From Chloroflexota bacterium (lineage in GTDB: Bacteria > Chloroflexota > Limnocylindria > Limnocylindrales > CSP1-4): a stretch of 64,000 bases of DNA. Location: NCBI GenBank assembly GCA_037446495.1, contig JBBIIL010000003.1:76011-140010 (forward strand), written 5' to 3'. Numbering within the stretch: position 1 is the stretch's first letter; every line of letters starts with the position of its first letter. Position numbers and translations under genes: made by a program. Below the pieces are notes generated by a model. The model was not told the origin of the DNA, did not search any database, and worked only from the letters and a program-made list of their open reading frames with translations. This document shows, piece after piece, positions 17,050 to 29,217 of this stretch.

Positions 17050-17825
17050 CAGGCGTCGGCGTCGGGCTCGGGCGAAGCCGATGAGGGCGGAGCCTGCGGC
17101 ACCAGCGGGGGCAGCGCCTGGGGCACAGACGACGACGAAGCCTCCGGCGAGGGTGACGCAGAGGCGTCCCCTTGCCTCGGCGTCTGCGCCGTCCCCGGCT
17201 TCCTCTTCGGCTGCTTCTTGGGCCGGCGGTCGCGGGGTCGGACGTAGTCCTCGTCGTCAACCGGGCGCGCGTCGAGGGCGAGGCTGTCAAGGTCCACGAC
17301 GATCACGCCGCTGTCGGGCGCGAGCTGGGTCACGATCCCCTGGACGCCGGGCACGTCGAACTCGCCGCGCGGCCCGCGCACGACGAACACCTCGGCGCCG
17401 CCAGCGCGGTAGATCTCGACAATCGTGCCCAGATCCTCGCCCGCCTCGCTCTTCACCGCCAGGCCCTCCAGCTCGTGGAAGAACCAGCGGCCCGGCTCGC
17501 GAGGCTCGTGCGGATGCTCGATCTCGAGGTAGCGGTCGCGCAGGCGTTCCTCGGCGAGCGTGCGGTTGCCGATCTCGCTGAAGCGCAGCCACCAGCCGCG
17601 ACCGTCGGCGACGGGCGCAGCCTCGGCGATCGTGAGTCGCTCGCCCGTCCCCTCGGGGAACAAGGTGGCCCCCACCGTGAACCTGTCCTCGGGGCGGTCC
17701 GTGAGGAGCTCGACGCGCACATGGCCACGCAGCCCGCGGAATCCGCGCACCAGCGCGACGGTCAGGCGTGTCGGCCCTGCGTCACGCGGCGACAGGTGCC
17801 CGCGTGACGTGGTCTGGGGAGCCAA
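17049..17825 (-). CDS. rimM: 16S rRNA processing protein RimM with about a 70-aa basic/Pro/Ser-rich C-terminal tail
   Basis: RimM N-terminal barrel and PRC barrel sequence ([28 protein letters not shown]). It lies in the rpsP-khpA-rimM-trmD context. Confidence 0.9.
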   Translation of the reverse strand: MAPQTTSRGHLSPRDAGPTRLTVALVRGFRGLRGHVRVELLTDRPEDRFTVGATLFPEGTGERLTIAEAAPVADGRGWWLRFSEIGNRTLAEERLRDRYLEIEHPHEPREPGRWFFHELEGLAVKSEAGEDLGTIVEIYRAGGAEVFVVRGPRGEFDVPGVQGIVTQLAPDSGVIVVDLDSLALDARPVDDEDYVRPRDRRPKKQPKRKPGTAQTPRQGDASASPSPEASSSSVPQALPPLVPQAPPSSASPEPDADA

Positions 17826-17832
17826 GGCCCCC

Positions 17833-18066
17833 TCAGACGATCTCGAGGCTGACCGGCTCGCCCGTGCGGGCGGACGTCACCTTGAGCAGCGTGCGGAGCG
17901 CCTTGGCGACGCTGCCGTTGCGCCCGATCACCTTGCCCATGTCGGACTCGGCGACGTGCAGTTCGATGATGGTGCCGTCCTCGGCGTTGACGACCTCGAC
18001 GTGCACCGCGTCCACGTCATCGACGAGCGACTTCGCGACGTATTCGACCAGGTCTGCGGCGGCCAT
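17833..18066 (-). CDS. khpA: KH-domain RNA-binding protein (YlqC/KhpA-like)
   Basis: 77 aa with a GKVIGRNG KH motif, in the canonical position between rpsP and rimM. Confidence 0.85.
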   Translation of the reverse strand: MAAADLVEYVAKSLVDDVDAVHVEVVNAEDGTIIELHVAESDMGKVIGRNGSVAKALRTLLKVTSARTGEPVSLEIV

Positions 18067-18073
18067 CGTCGTC

Positions 18074-18328
18074 CTACTTCTGGCTCGGCGTGACGCCGGC
18101 CTGCTTGAACAGGCGCTTGACGGTATCCGACGGCTGGGCGCCCTTGGACAGCCAGTCCTTGGCCTTGGCCTCGTCGATCACGAGCTCGATCGGCTCGGTC
18201 CGCGGGTTGTAGTGGCCGATCGTGTCGATCGCGCGGCCGTCTCGGGCGCTGCGCGCATCGGCGACGACGAGGCGGTAGGTGGGCTGCTTGGTCGCCCCGA
18301 CGCGGGTGAGGCGGATGCGGACTGCCAT
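18074..18328 (-). CDS. rpsP: 30S ribosomal protein S16
   Basis: [24 protein letters not shown] is typical S16. Confidence 0.95.
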   Translation of the reverse strand: MAVRIRLTRVGATKQPTYRLVVADARSARDGRAIDTIGHYNPRTEPIELVIDEAKAKDWLSKGAQPSDTVKRLFKQAGVTPSQK

Positions 18329-18398
18329 GTGGGTGCGGTGCTCCTCTGTGGTGCTGGCCTTGGGCGGGCCTGCCGGCGGCTGGGCCCCCGGGAACCCT

Positions 18399-20462
18399 CT
18401 AGTGCTTGACGGACAGGATCATGGTGCCCCGGTTCAGGCCGTTGTCATAGGTGCCGGAACTGATCAGGGCATCGAATGGAAGCAGGTACGCGCGGACGTC
18501 GCTGTCGTACTTGGCGCGCGAGGCTGCCGGCAGCAGGCCCTCGACGATCTCGCGCGTGGCCGTCACGTCGAGGTACATGAGCCCGGTGGTCTGGGCGCCC
18601 ACCTTGTTCTGGAGGGCGGTGAACCGCGCGTCCTTGGCCAGCGAGTCGCCGCCCTGCGAGGCGTCGATCACGGCCTTCGCGAAGGACGTGTCGAGCGTCA
18701 GGATGACCACCTTGTCGGTGACCGCGTAGACGAGCTTGAGGTCCGAGGGGATGGACATGCCGCCGAGGCTGCTGCCCGTGACGGACTTGAGCAGCGGGGC
18801 AAGCGCTGAGAGGTCGACGGTCGTGAGCGTGGCGCCCTTGTAGTCCGCGTCGGTGATGGACGTCCCGGAAGTCGCCCCGGCGAGGTCGGCAAGACTGCGG
18901 ATCTGCGTGAACAGGTGCCTGGCGGCGGCGCCGTCCTGTGGCCGGATCAGGATGCCGCCCGAGACGGTGGCCCCGTCACGCGTGACGGCGAGGCCGGCGT
19001 CGCCGATCCACCCGATCGCTGCGTCGAAGCCGCCCACCAGCCCGAGCACGTTGTCGACCTGCTTGACGTACGGCTGGAGCTTCGGCTCGGCGGCGGCCTG
19101 CGTCCTGATGGACCCGAGCGTCTGGCCCACGTCATGGAGATCCAGCAGCGCGACGGTCGTGGACGGGGCCACGGCGGCGAGGTCCGAAGTGCGGTTGGTC
19201 GTCGGGCTGCTGGCGAGCGCGGGCGAGACGCTGTCGAGGACGAAGTTGCCATCAGCCGCCCGCACGTCGCCCGCGAGCCACTCCGGGAGCATGGTCACCA
19301 GGACGTTGAGCGCGGCCGTCGCGGTCCCGTCGGTGTCCTTGGCCTTGAGCGACTCGAGCCGTGCGAGGTACCCGGCGCGCAGGTCCTCGTAGACGAAGCC
19401 GACATGGTCGCCCTTGAGCGCGGCGACCGCCTTGCCGAAGTTGGGCGTGGCGCTCAGGCCGCCGCCGCCCTTGGTGGCGATGGCGAGCCGAATGGAGTCG
19501 AGGTCGCCGGCAACGAGGACCTTGTCGCCCAGGATCGCCCAGCCCGCGTGCGTGATGGTGCCGATGCTGGCAGCACTGGACTGGACGACGTGGACCGCCA
19601 CCCCGTCACAGGTGAGGTCCGTGGCCTTGACGTTCGCCTGGCTCAGGACCGAGCCGACCCAGGCCGCCGCCTTGGCGCTGTCCGAGATGCTGGCGAGCAA
19701 CATGCCCCGGATGCCGGCAGTGGCGGCCGGGTAGGCGCCGAGGACGTCGGACGCGCTGGGGGCAGGCGTTGCCGTGTCGCCGCCGGTGCACACCGGAAGC
19801 GACGCGGTCGGGTCGGCCGCGGGGCTCGGCGCCGGAGCCAGGCCCTCGGCCACGGCCAGCTGGCCGGTGAACCACGGCGCGATCTCGGTCTGGTAGTCGT
19901 GCTTGTTGTTGGACGCAGCCTTGACGATCCGGTCGTAGAGCTCGCCAAGCTTGGCGTCGAGCGAGGCTTGGTCGGCGAAGCCGGGGAACGCGGAGAGCGT
20001 CTTGGCGAGCTCGGCGCGCTGGCCGCCCGGCAGGTCGAGGCGAACCTCTGCGTACGTCGTGGTGTCCGCTGGCACGTAGCCCAGCACCGCGGACGTGCCG
20101 CTCGTGCCGGAGGTCAGCAGGAGGGTCGCGCCCAGGCCGCCGGCCACCACGAGGGCGACGACCAGCAGCGCCACCACCCAGCGAAGCGGACCGCCGCCCC
20201 TGGACCTGGACGCCAGGGGAACCAGGGGTCCGTCGAATCCGGTCGGCGGGATGGCGGCGGCAGGCTGGACGGGCGCGCCGAACTGGCCGCTGGCCGGCGG
20301 CGCCCAGACAGGCGGCGGCGCGACCGGCGGCTGCGCGGGCTGGACTTGCTGCCCCCACGTGGGGGCAGCCGCGGGCGGCGCCACGTCCGGTGCCGGAGAG
20401 GCGGGCAGCCCCACCATGGGCTGCGGCCCCTCGAACGGCTGCGTCGGATCCTGATCCGTCAT
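18399..20462 (-). CDS. membrane-anchored extracytoplasmic protein of unknown function (possibly DUF3352-like) with Pro-rich cytoplasmic N-terminus
   Basis: Long ORF between ffh and rpsP with a single TM ([24 protein letters not shown]). The ATG at 20462 follows GGAGGG. An alternative ATG at 20480 overlaps the ffh stop (TGATG). The family assignment is from memory only. Confidence 0.6.
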   Translation of the reverse strand: MTDQDPTQPFEGPQPMVGLPASPAPDVAPPAAAPTWGQQVQPAQPPVAPPPVWAPPASGQFGAPVQPAAAIPPTGFDGPLVPLASRSRGGGPLRWVVALLVVALVVAGGLGATLLLTSGTSGTSAVLGYVPADTTTYAEVRLDLPGGQRAELAKTLSAFPGFADQASLDAKLGELYDRIVKAASNNKHDYQTEIAPWFTGQLAVAEGLAPAPSPAADPTASLPVCTGGDTATPAPSASDVLGAYPAATAGIRGMLLASISDSAKAAAWVGSVLSQANVKATDLTCDGVAVHVVQSSAASIGTITHAGWAILGDKVLVAGDLDSIRLAIATKGGGGLSATPNFGKAVAALKGDHVGFVYEDLRAGYLARLESLKAKDTDGTATAALNVLVTMLPEWLAGDVRAADGNFVLDSVSPALASSPTTNRTSDLAAVAPSTTVALLDLHDVGQTLGSIRTQAAAEPKLQPYVKQVDNVLGLVGGFDAAIGWIGDAGLAVTRDGATVSGGILIRPQDGAAARHLFTQIRSLADLAGATSGTSITDADYKGATLTTVDLSALAPLLKSVTGSSLGGMSIPSDLKLVYAVTDKVVILTLDTSFAKAVIDASQGGDSLAKDARFTALQNKVGAQTTGLMYLDVTATREIVEGLLPAASRAKYDSDVRAYLLPFDALISSGTYDNGLNRGTMILSVKH

Positions 20463-20479
20463 CTTGCCCTCCTGCCGCA

Positions 20480-21814
<1,335 letters not shown>

Positions 21815-22161
21815 GCGAGGACGGCGACCCTTGCTGGAGCTGGTGACAGACCGAACGACGGGCGCCGTTGCGGGCGGTGCGCGGGTTCTGGCGACACCTG
21901 ACGGCCCGAGTGTACGGCATGCGATCGGCAGGGGCCATCGCGTGGGCGCCTGCGCCGATCATGCCGCGCGCCTCTGGGCAGCGGCCGCGGCGGGATCGCT
22001 GGCGACGTTTCGGATGGACCGAACAGCCCCCACCTGCCGGGGGCCGACCCGCCCCGTCGCCAGCACTCCGGGCGGACGACGGTCGCGGCAGCGGCCATGC
22101 CGGATTCCGCGATGCGCGAACCCAGGCGTGGACCCCGCGGCTAGGAGCTCGTCTTGAGCGA

Positions 22162-22341
22162 TCAGGTTGGTTGGTCCGACGACCTCGCCTCGACGATCGT
22201 GGTGATGAGCTCCCAGAGCAGCAGCCCGATGCCGATCAGCGCCAGGCCGAGGCCGGCCGCCATCCAATCGCCGCGACTCGCTCCAGAGACGAACGCAATC
22301 AGTCCCCCGAGCAGCGCGATGCCCAGGCCGATTCCAGCCAT
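22162..22341 (-). CDS. small (59 aa) two-TM membrane protein, hypothetical
   Basis: The ATG at 22341 follows GAGGGAGG and lies 14 nt after the ftsY stop. Two hydrophobic helices (MAGIGLGIALLGGLIAFV, AAGLGLALIGIGLLLWELI). Confidence 0.45.
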   Translation of the reverse strand: MAGIGLGIALLGGLIAFVSGASRGDWMAAGLGLALIGIGLLLWELITTIVEARSSDQPT

Positions 22342-22354
22342 GGACCCTCCCTCG

Positions 22355-23641
22355 TCAGTCGAACAGCGCGGCCACAAACCCGGACGGGTCGAACGGTAGC
22401 AGGTCGTCAGCCTGCTCCCCCACCCCGACGAACCGCACCGGCACGCCGAGGTCCTGCTCGATCGCGAACACGATGCCGCCCTTCGCCGTCGAGTCGAGCT
22501 TCGTGAGCACGACGCCAGTGAGGGTGACCGCCTCGTGGAACGCCTTGGCTTGGGCCAGGCCGTTCTGACCCGTCGTGGCGTCGAGCACGAAGAACGTCTC
22601 GACCGCCGCCCCCGGCAGGCGCTTGTCGATCACGCGGCGGATCTTGGTGAGCTCGTCCATCAGGTTGGCCTTGGTGTGCAGCCGGCCGGCGGTGTCCGCG
22701 ATCAGCACATCCGCGTGCCGGGCGATCGCCGCGTCGAGCGCGTCGTAGACGACCGCGGCCGGGTCGGCGTTCTGGGCATGCGCCACGATCTCGGCGTCCG
22801 CGCGTTGCCCCCAGATGCGCAGCTGGTCGATAGCGGCGGCGCGGAACGTGTCCGCCGCGGCCAGGACGACGCGGTGGCCGAGCGCGCGCTCGCGGGCAGC
22901 CAGCTTGCCGATGGTGGTGGTCTTGCCCGTGCCGTTGACGCCCACCACGAGCACGATGGCCGGGGCGCCCGGGGCCGAGGGCACGGGCTCCCAGGGACCC
23001 GCGTCGCGCCCCTCGAGGATCGCCTCGAGCTCCGCGCGCACGGCCCGCTCGACGGTCATGTCGCGGCGCCTGCGGGCGCGCTCCACGATCGCCATCGAGA
23101 GGTGGGCGCCCACGTCACCCGTGATCAGCACCTCCTCGACCTCATCCCAGTCAGCGTCGGTGCCGATCCCGCCAAAGGCGCTGCGGAGGCGGGCGCCGAA
23201 GCCGGAACGAGTCCGCTCCAGTCCGGCCTCGAGCTGCTCGTGCTCGCGCTCCCTGCGGGCGGCGTCGGCCTTCTCGGCAGACCAGTCGGCGCCCCAGGCC
23301 CACTGCGCCACTTCGGGGCCGGGGGCCGTCCCAGGCTCCGTGGCCGCCGTGTCGGCTTCGAGCGTGACCTCCTCACCCGTCGGGATGGCGGTCGCGGGCG
23401 CGATGATGCCGTCACTGCCCGGGACAGCGTGCGGCGCCTCGGCCAGACCCGCCTCCGGCTGGCACGGCTCGAACGCCGGCGTGTCGATCGAGGCGGCTGC
23501 CCGCCACTCGTCGCCGATCAGGTCGTCTGACCGGGACTCGGGCTCGGCAAGGGTGGGCGCAGACTCTGGCACGGGCTCGACCGCCGACCCATCGGCCGGC
23601 TCGGGCGGCAGCGGCTGGCCGCCGCGGCGGAAGAAGCGCAT
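22355..23641 (-). CDS. ftsY: signal recognition particle receptor FtsY
   Basis: Acidic N-domain, then a [11 protein letters not shown]-loop and the DTAGRLH motif. The ATG at 23641 (MRFFRRGG) lies just after the smc stop at 23655. Confidence 0.93.
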   Translation of the reverse strand: MRFFRRGGQPLPPEPADGSAVEPVPESAPTLAEPESRSDDLIGDEWRAAASIDTPAFEPCQPEAGLAEAPHAVPGSDGIIAPATAIPTGEEVTLEADTAATEPGTAPGPEVAQWAWGADWSAEKADAARREREHEQLEAGLERTRSGFGARLRSAFGGIGTDADWDEVEEVLITGDVGAHLSMAIVERARRRRDMTVERAVRAELEAILEGRDAGPWEPVPSAPGAPAIVLVVGVNGTGKTTTIGKLAARERALGHRVVLAAADTFRAAAIDQLRIWGQRADAEIVAHAQNADPAAVVYDALDAAIARHADVLIADTAGRLHTKANLMDELTKIRRVIDKRLPGAAVETFFVLDATTGQNGLAQAKAFHEAVTLTGVVLTKLDSTAKGGIVFAIEQDLGVPVRFVGVGEQADDLLPFDPSGFVAALFD

Positions 23642-23654
23642 GGGGGTCTCCGGG

Positions 23655-26600
23655 TCAGCCGGCAGGAGGACCGGCGAGCGCCGCGCGGACGTCGGCCCGC
23701 CGGCGATGGGCGATCGCCTGCGCCTCCTCGAGCCGCAGGCTGATGACACGGCTCACGGAGTCGTCGCCGACGGTCACGCCGTACAGCGCGTCCGCCGACT
23801 CGATCGTGCCTCGGTTGTGGGTGATGACGATGAACTGGGTGTGCTCGGTGAGCGCGCGCAGCGCCTCGGTGAACCGGCCGACGTTGGCCTCGTCGAGCGC
23901 GGCGTCCACCTCGTCGAGCACGCAGAACGGCGCTGGCCGGACCTCCAGCATCGCGAACAGCAGCGCCACGGCTGTCAGCGCGCGCTCTCCCCCGGAGAGC
24001 ATCGCGAGGGCCTGCGGCTTCTTGCCTGGCGGCCGGGCGGTGATCTCGATGCCGGTGGCGCCGAGGTCCGCGGGGTCGGTAAGGGTCAGCTTGGCGAAGC
24101 CGCCGCTGAAGAGCTGCTGGAAGCGGCGGTCGAACGCCCGTTCGAGCAGGGCGAAGGTCGTCCGGAACTGTGTGGCGATGAGCGTGTCCAGCTCGGCGAT
24201 CAGCTGCCGGGTCTTGGTGATGGCCACGCGCAGGTCGCGGTCCTGGACCTCGAGCGACTCCAGGCGTGAGCGGACGGAGCGGTACTCGTCCACCGCGAAC
24301 GGGTTCGCGGCGCCCAGCTCGTGGTACCGCCGCCGCAGCGTGGTCAGGCGTCCCGGCGTCGGCGCTTCGGTCTGTGGCGGCGCGTCGGCCCACCGTGGGG
24401 CCAGCGTGTCGAGCAGGGCCTCGAACATTTCGGTCTCGCCCTGCACGGTGGCAGTGTCGGCAGCATCGGCGGCGGCCTGCCCGCGGGTCGACTCGTCCCC
24501 ATCCGCCCCGACCATCCCATAGGCATCCCGCGCAAACGCGTCCAGCCCAGCGCTGCCCGCCAAGTGCCGGAGCCCCACTTCGCCCAGCCCGGCCAGCTCG
24601 ACCAGCAGCTGCTCGCGGAGCGCGTCCAGCCCGAGGCGCGCCTCCATCACGGCCACGTCCCCTGCGCGGGCTCGCTCGTCAGCGGTGCGGAGTCGTTCGC
24701 GGGCGGCCGTCGCGGCCCGCTCGGCCGCGGCGAGATGGGCGCGGTCAACGCGGTCGTCGGCCAGCAGCGCCTCGAGCTCCTCGCGAGCACGCGCCTCGCG
24801 CGCGGACGATTCCGCCAGCTCGCCGGCCAGCCCCTCGCGCTCGTCCAGGGCGGCGCGCTCGCGCTCGTCGAGCACCGCGAGGTCGCGAGCCGCGTGCACC
24901 ATGCGCGCCTCGGCCAGCGCTGCGGCTGCCTCCGCACGAGCGCGGCGAGCCTCGGCCTCGCGGCGTCTCCGCTCCAGGTCCGCTACCTCGTTGGCGAGCC
25001 GATCCCGCCGGGCGCGCAACTCTGAGACGCGCGCCTCCCACGCCGACACTGCCTCCACATCTGAATTGGACCCGTCAGCCGAGCCGATCGCAAGAGTCGA
25101 GTCGAAGGCCGCCAGCGCTGCCGCGGCGCGGTCCGCCTCAGCCACCAGGCGTTCCGCCTGCGCCGCGTGCCACGCGGCTTCTCGCGCCTCTGCCTCCGCC
25201 GCCCGACCGGCAGCCCGCTCCAGGTCCTCGGCACGACGCCGCCGCCCAGCGGCGCTCGACTCAGTGGCGCGGGCCTGCTCGAGCGCGACACGGGCCTGCG
25301 CGGCGTTGGCCTCTGCCGCCGACCTCGCGGTGTCAGCCGCCGCAGCCTCCGAGGTGAGCGACTCGAGGTCGCGCTCCAGCCGCTCGAGCTCGGCCCGCCG
25401 CTCCAGTGGCGAGTCGCCTCGGCCGAGCCGCACACTGATCCCGTCCGCCACAGCGGACCCGTCGCGCGTTGCCGCGATCCAGCCCGCCGGCAGGACCGAC
25501 TGCACGACGAGAGCGGACTCGAGGTCGGGCACCCAGACGACGCGCGCCAGCAGGGGCCGGACCACGCCCGCCGGGTCGCGACGGATCGCCTCCCCCAGCC
25601 GCCCGCCGCCGCACGCCGCAAGTGCGTCGTCGAGCCGGCGCAGCTCCGTCACGACGGCGGCCCCGCTCCCCGGCTGGGCGCGTCCAGCCTCGGCCAGCCG
25701 CTCCCGCACCACGACGTGTCCGCGCTCGGCCTTGAGAGACGCTGCGGCTCCCTGCTCCACGACGTAGGCCCGGACGAGATCGCCCAGCGCCGCCTCCACG
25801 GCGCCCCGGAGGGACGGCTCAACGCCCAGGTCCTCGTCCACGCGGCGACCCCCCAGCTTGCGCGCCGCGCGGGCGATCCCCCGCTCCTCGTCCTCGGCCA
25901 CGCGACGCGCCAGCCCCTCGTATCGGCCGCGGGCCCCCGCGAGAACCGATCCCGCGCCCGCGGCACGCTCGGCGGCGGAGCGGCGCGTCCCCTCGGCAGC
26001 ATCACTGCGGGCTCGGGCGGCCTCGCGAGCGGCGACTGCAGCCGTCTCGTCGGCCGTGGCAACGGCAAGGGCCTCGTGCGCCTGTGCGAACTGTGCCTCG
26101 AGCCCCTCCCTGCGCGCCGCGGCGCTCGACGCCTTCGCGCGCTCGTCGGTGGCTCGGCGCGCCGAATCGGCCCTGCGCCGACGGGCCGTCTCGGCCTCGG
26201 CCGCGCGCGCGGACTCGGCACGCTGCATCGCCGCCAGCTCGGCACCGCGCGCGCGGGAGGCGGCCCGCAGCGACGCCAGCTCCATCAGGGCGTCACCGAG
26301 CGCGCGATCCGCCTCGCCCAGCGTCGACTCGAGCTCCGAATCCGGCTCCGGGGCTTCCTCGGCGAGGATCCGGCGACTCGCGGCCATGTCCGCCTCGGCA
26401 GCGCTCCGCTCCGCGGCGATTCGCTGGTGGTCCCGGGCGGCGGCCGCCACCTCGCTCGAGGCCCGCGCCTCGCGCAACCCCAGCTGGGTCAACGTCGCGC
26501 GAGCGGCCTCGTGAGCTGCTCGCCGCACGCGCTCCTGCTCCGCGCGAGCCGCCATGCTCGCCGCGATCTCGCCGACCGCGGACTCGGCCGCCTCGAGGGA

Positions 26601-27389
26601 CTCGAGCGCGGCGTCCGATTCCGTGCGGTGGACGTCCCGACCGGCTACCGCGACGGACTCCCGTCCGGCCGCGTCGTGCCACCGGGCGTGGGCAGCCACG
26701 ATCAATCCGGCGGCCAGCTCCTCGCCTGCGGTGAGCCGTGTCGCCTGCTGCTCGGCCAGCTGACCCAGGCGACGAGCCTGCGGGCGCAGCTCGGCGAGGA
26801 TGTCCTCGACCCGCGACAAGTTGGCCTCGGCCTCCACGAGCTGCTCGTCTGCCTTGCGGCGGCGACGTTCATGGCGGCGGACGCCGGCGACCTCCTCGAA
26901 CAGGGGCCGACGCTCCTCGGGACGGAGCGCGAGTGCCTGGTCCACCATGCCCTGCCCGATGAACAGGAAGGCGTTCTCGGCGAGGTTCGCGGAGTCGAGG
27001 AGGTCCTGGAGGTCCTTCAGGCGGACGCGCTGCTTGTTGAGCAGGTACTCGTTCTCGCCCGAGCGGTAGAGGCGGCGGCCGAGCTCGATGATCGAGTACT
27101 CGACCGGCAGCAGCGCGTCGCTGTTGTCGAGCACGAGCGTGACGTCGGCCATGCCCTGCGCCGAGCGCTTCTCAGAGCCGGCCCAGATGACGTCCTCGCT
27201 CTTGCGGATGCGCAGCGAGCGGCCCTGCTCCCCGAGCGACCAGCGCAGCGCGTCCGCGAGGTTGGACTTGCCGGACCCGTTGGGACCGACAATCGCGGAC
27301 ACGCCCGGGCCGAACTCGACGAGGGTGCGCTCGGCGAAGGACTTGAAGCCGCGGATCCGGAGCCCCAGCAGCCGTGCCGGAGCGCTCAC
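23655..27389 (-). CDS. smc: chromosome segregation protein SMC
   Basis: GPNGSGKSN Walker A, about 1000 aa of coiled coil with a hinge, and LSGGERALTAVALLFA signature plus Walker B at the C-terminus. The GTG start overlaps the rnc stop. Confidence 0.95.
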   Translation of the reverse strand: MSAPARLLGLRIRGFKSFAERTLVEFGPGVSAIVGPNGSGKSNLADALRWSLGEQGRSLRIRKSEDVIWAGSEKRSAQGMADVTLVLDNSDALLPVEYSIIELGRRLYRSGENEYLLNKQRVRLKDLQDLLDSANLAENAFLFIGQGMVDQALALRPEERRPLFEEVAGVRRHERRRRKADEQLVEAEANLSRVEDILAELRPQARRLGQLAEQQATRLTAGEELAAGLIVAAHARWHDAAGRESVAVAGRDVHRTESDAALESLEAAESAVGEIAASMAARAEQERVRRAAHEAARATLTQLGLREARASSEVAAAARDHQRIAAERSAAEADMAASRRILAEEAPEPDSELESTLGEADRALGDALMELASLRAASRARGAELAAMQRAESARAAEAETARRRRADSARRATDERAKASSAAARREGLEAQFAQAHEALAVATADETAAVAAREAARARSDAAEGTRRSAAERAAGAGSVLAGARGRYEGLARRVAEDEERGIARAARKLGGRRVDEDLGVEPSLRGAVEAALGDLVRAYVVEQGAAASLKAERGHVVVRERLAEAGRAQPGSGAAVVTELRRLDDALAACGGGRLGEAIRRDPAGVVRPLLARVVWVPDLESALVVQSVLPAGWIAATRDGSAVADGISVRLGRGDSPLERRAELERLERDLESLTSEAAAADTARSAAEANAAQARVALEQARATESSAAGRRRRAEDLERAAGRAAEAEAREAAWHAAQAERLVAEADRAAAALAAFDSTLAIGSADGSNSDVEAVSAWEARVSELRARRDRLANEVADLERRRREAEARRARAEAAAALAEARMVHAARDLAVLDERERAALDEREGLAGELAESSAREARAREELEALLADDRVDRAHLAAAERAATAARERLRTADERARAGDVAVMEARLGLDALREQLLVELAGLGEVGLRHLAGSAGLDAFARDAYGMVGADGDESTRGQAAADAADTATVQGETEMFEALLDTLAPRWADAPPQTEAPTPGRLTTLRRRYHELGAANPFAVDEYRSVRSRLESLEVQDRDLRVAITKTRQLIAELDTLIATQFRTTFALLERAFDRRFQQLFSGGFAKLTLTDPADLGATGIEITARPPGKKPQALAMLSGGERALTAVALLFAMLEVRPAPFCVLDEVDAALDEANVGRFTEALRALTEHTQFIVITHNRGTIESADALYGVTVGDDSVSRVISLRLEEAQAIAHRRRADVRAALAGPPAG

Positions 27390-28174
27390 GAGTGGTCGTC
27401 GGTGTCAGCGTCGGGAGCCGGCTCGCCATCGTCGCCGTCGAAACCGGACTCGCGGGCGTGACGAGTGGCCCTGACGGCCAGGCGCTCGCGGCGGATGAGC
27501 TCGAGCGCTAGGCCCGCCGCCTGCGTCTCGGCAATGCGGCGCGAGGCGCCCTCGCCCGTCCCCAGGACGCGTCCAGCCACCTCGACATCGATGCGGAAGT
27601 GCTTCTCGTGGTCCGGGCCCACTGCCTCCACAAGCCGGTACAGCGGCCGGTCGCCGGTTGTCCGCTGCGTGTGCTCCTGCAGGCGACTCTTGGGGCTCTT
27701 GAGCGAGGTCAGCGCCACCTCGGCTGTGAGCTCCTCCGCCGCCCGCTCCTGGATCCAGTCACGCGCCGCCTCCCAGCCGAGGTCGAGGTAGATGGCGCCC
27801 ACCAGTGACTCGAACGCGGAGGCCAGCAGGGACGGGCGGTCTCGGCCGCCGCGCTGTGCCTCGCCCTCGCCGAGCAGCAGGTACCCGCCGAGCGCGAGCT
27901 TGGCGGCGAGCCGGGCGAGACCGGGCGTGCTCACGATGGCCGCGCGGCGCGCGGAGAGGATCCCCTCGTCGTCGGAGGGATGACGGCGGTAGAGCGCCTC
28001 GGAGACGGCGAGGCTGACCACGGCGTCGCCCAGGAACTCCAGCCGCTCGTTGTGCCCCAGCAGGGACTCCGGATGCTCGTGGAGCCAGCTGCTGTGGATC
28101 AGGGCCTGCTCGAACAGGTCCCGATCGCGGACGGGCAGGCCCAGCCGCTCGATCAGCGCCTCGGCCGGGTGCAT
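27386..28174 (-). CDS. rnc: ribonuclease III
   Basis: NERLEFLGDAV catalytic signature and a C-terminal dsRBD. The ATG at 28174 is preferred because it lies after the acpP stop at 28194. Confidence 0.92.
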   Translation of the reverse strand: MHPAEALIERLGLPVRDRDLFEQALIHSSWLHEHPESLLGHNERLEFLGDAVVSLAVSEALYRRHPSDDEGILSARRAAIVSTPGLARLAAKLALGGYLLLGEGEAQRGGRDRPSLLASAFESLVGAIYLDLGWEAARDWIQERAAEELTAEVALTSLKSPKSRLQEHTQRTTGDRPLYRLVEAVGPDHEKHFRIDVEVAGRVLGTGEGASRRIAETQAAGLALELIRRERLAVRATRHARESGFDGDDGEPAPDADTDDHS

Positions 28175-28193
28175 TGCGCCTCGGCCGGCAGGA

Positions 28194-28430
28194 TCAGGCG
28201 GCGCGCTCGTCGATGTAGTCGACGGCGTCCTGGACGGTCCGGATCTTTTCGGCATCCTCGTCCGAGATCTCCGTCCCGAACTCCTCTTCGAGGCTCATGA
28301 TCAACTCGACGAGATCCAGGGAATCCGCGTTCAGATCATCGACGAACGACGCCTCGGGGGTCACCTCGGACTCGTCGACCCCGAGCTGCTCGATGACGAT
28401 CTTCTTGAGCCGATCGTACGTCGTGGCCAC
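28194..28430 (-). CDS. acpP: acyl carrier protein
   Basis: [36 protein letters not shown] with the DSL phosphopantetheine site. The GTG at 28430 follows AGGAGAG. Confidence 0.93.
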   Translation of the reverse strand: MATTYDRLKKIVIEQLGVDESEVTPEASFVDDLNADSLDLVELIMSLEEEFGTEISDEDAEKIRTVQDAVDYIDERAA

Positions 28431-28452
28431 TGGCTCTCTCCTGGATGCGGCG

Positions 28453-28920
28453 TCACCGCCTGCTTGCATTGAGTTCGCGGGCCACTCGCCCGAGCACGCC
28501 GTTGACCAGCCGTCGCATCGGATCACCCGAATACGTGCGAGCCAACTCAACCCACTCGGCGATCGCCACCCGGGCCGGCGTCGCCGGGGAGTGTAGCACC
28601 TCGCACAGGCCGCAACGGAGCAATGCGCGGTCCATCCGGGCCAGCGAGACGACCGGGTACTGGGGCGCGACTTCAGCGATTCGAGCGTCGATCGTGTCCC
28701 TGTGCTCGGTCACGCCGGCGACCAGCGCGCGGGCGGTCGACGCGATCTCGGGGTCCAGATCCAGCGCTAGGTGGCGCTCCAGGACCGCCTCGGCCGTGCG
28801 CTGGCCGAACTCGGCCTCGAAGACGGAGGCGAGCGCGAGTCGGCGACCGGCGCGCCGGCTTCGGATCAGGTCCTCGTTCGAGCGATCCCGCCGCTCGCGC
28901 CGGGGCTCAGCCCCCGACAC
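28453..28920 (-). CDS. nusB: transcription antitermination factor NusB (start uncertain, 28920 GTG or 28947)
   Basis: [13 protein letters not shown] ... [13 protein letters not shown] ... [13 protein letters not shown] ... VNGVLGRV is typical NusB. Confidence 0.85.
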   Translation of the reverse strand: MSGAEPRRERRDRSNEDLIRSRRAGRRLALASVFEAEFGQRTAEAVLERHLALDLDPEIASTARALVAGVTEHRDTIDARIAEVAPQYPVVSLARMDRALLRCGLCEVLHSPATPARVAIAEWVELARTYSGDPMRRLVNGVLGRVARELNASRR

Positions 28921-29215
28921 CGTCCACCAGGACGTTGACGCCGTCAAGCTCCATGCCCAGCAGCCGCTCGACGGCAGCGGCCGTGGCAGCGCGCACCTCC
29001 GAGGTCAGCGGGACCAGGCGCTGGCGCGGCCGGGCGACGATCCAGAGGGTGACGTGGACCCGGCCGTCCCGGACGCGGATCCGGACAGGCGCACCGCCGA
29101 TCCAGCCTCGCCAGCGCTGCCCGCCGCGGCCCACCCGCAGGACGCCCGGGACCTCGAGTGCGGCCAGCCGCACGGTCTCGCGGATGACGTCTGTGCCGAC
29201 CGTCAGATCCGCCAT
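28907..29215 (-). CDS. Asp23/Gls24-family alkaline shock protein (short, 102 aa)
   Basis: MADLTVGTDVIRETVRLAALEVPGV ... VHVTLWIV ... matches the Asp23 family. The ATG lies 3 nt after the plsX stop. Confidence 0.8.
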   Translation of the reverse strand: MADLTVGTDVIRETVRLAALEVPGVLRVGRGGQRWRGWIGGAPVRIRVRDGRVHVTLWIVARPRQRLVPLTSEVRAATAAAVERLLGMELDGVNVLVDGVGG

Positions 29216-29217
29216 CG

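Noticed and set aside
21815-22161. The 347-bp spacer upstream of ffh, examined for an SRP RNA or other ncRNA.
   Set aside because: I found no GGAA-tetraloop or symmetric-loop SRP RNA motif, and no tmRNA or RNase P signature by eye. It most simply holds the ffh promoter (a TACACT box near 21912-21917). An Rfam scan would be needed to be sure.
24266-27461. Large plus-strand ORFs inside smc (24266-25357, 24685-25767, 25167-27461).
   Set aside because: They are antisense to a complete SMC gene with Walker A, signature and Walker B motifs. Their products are Arg/Pro/Ala-rich with no features.
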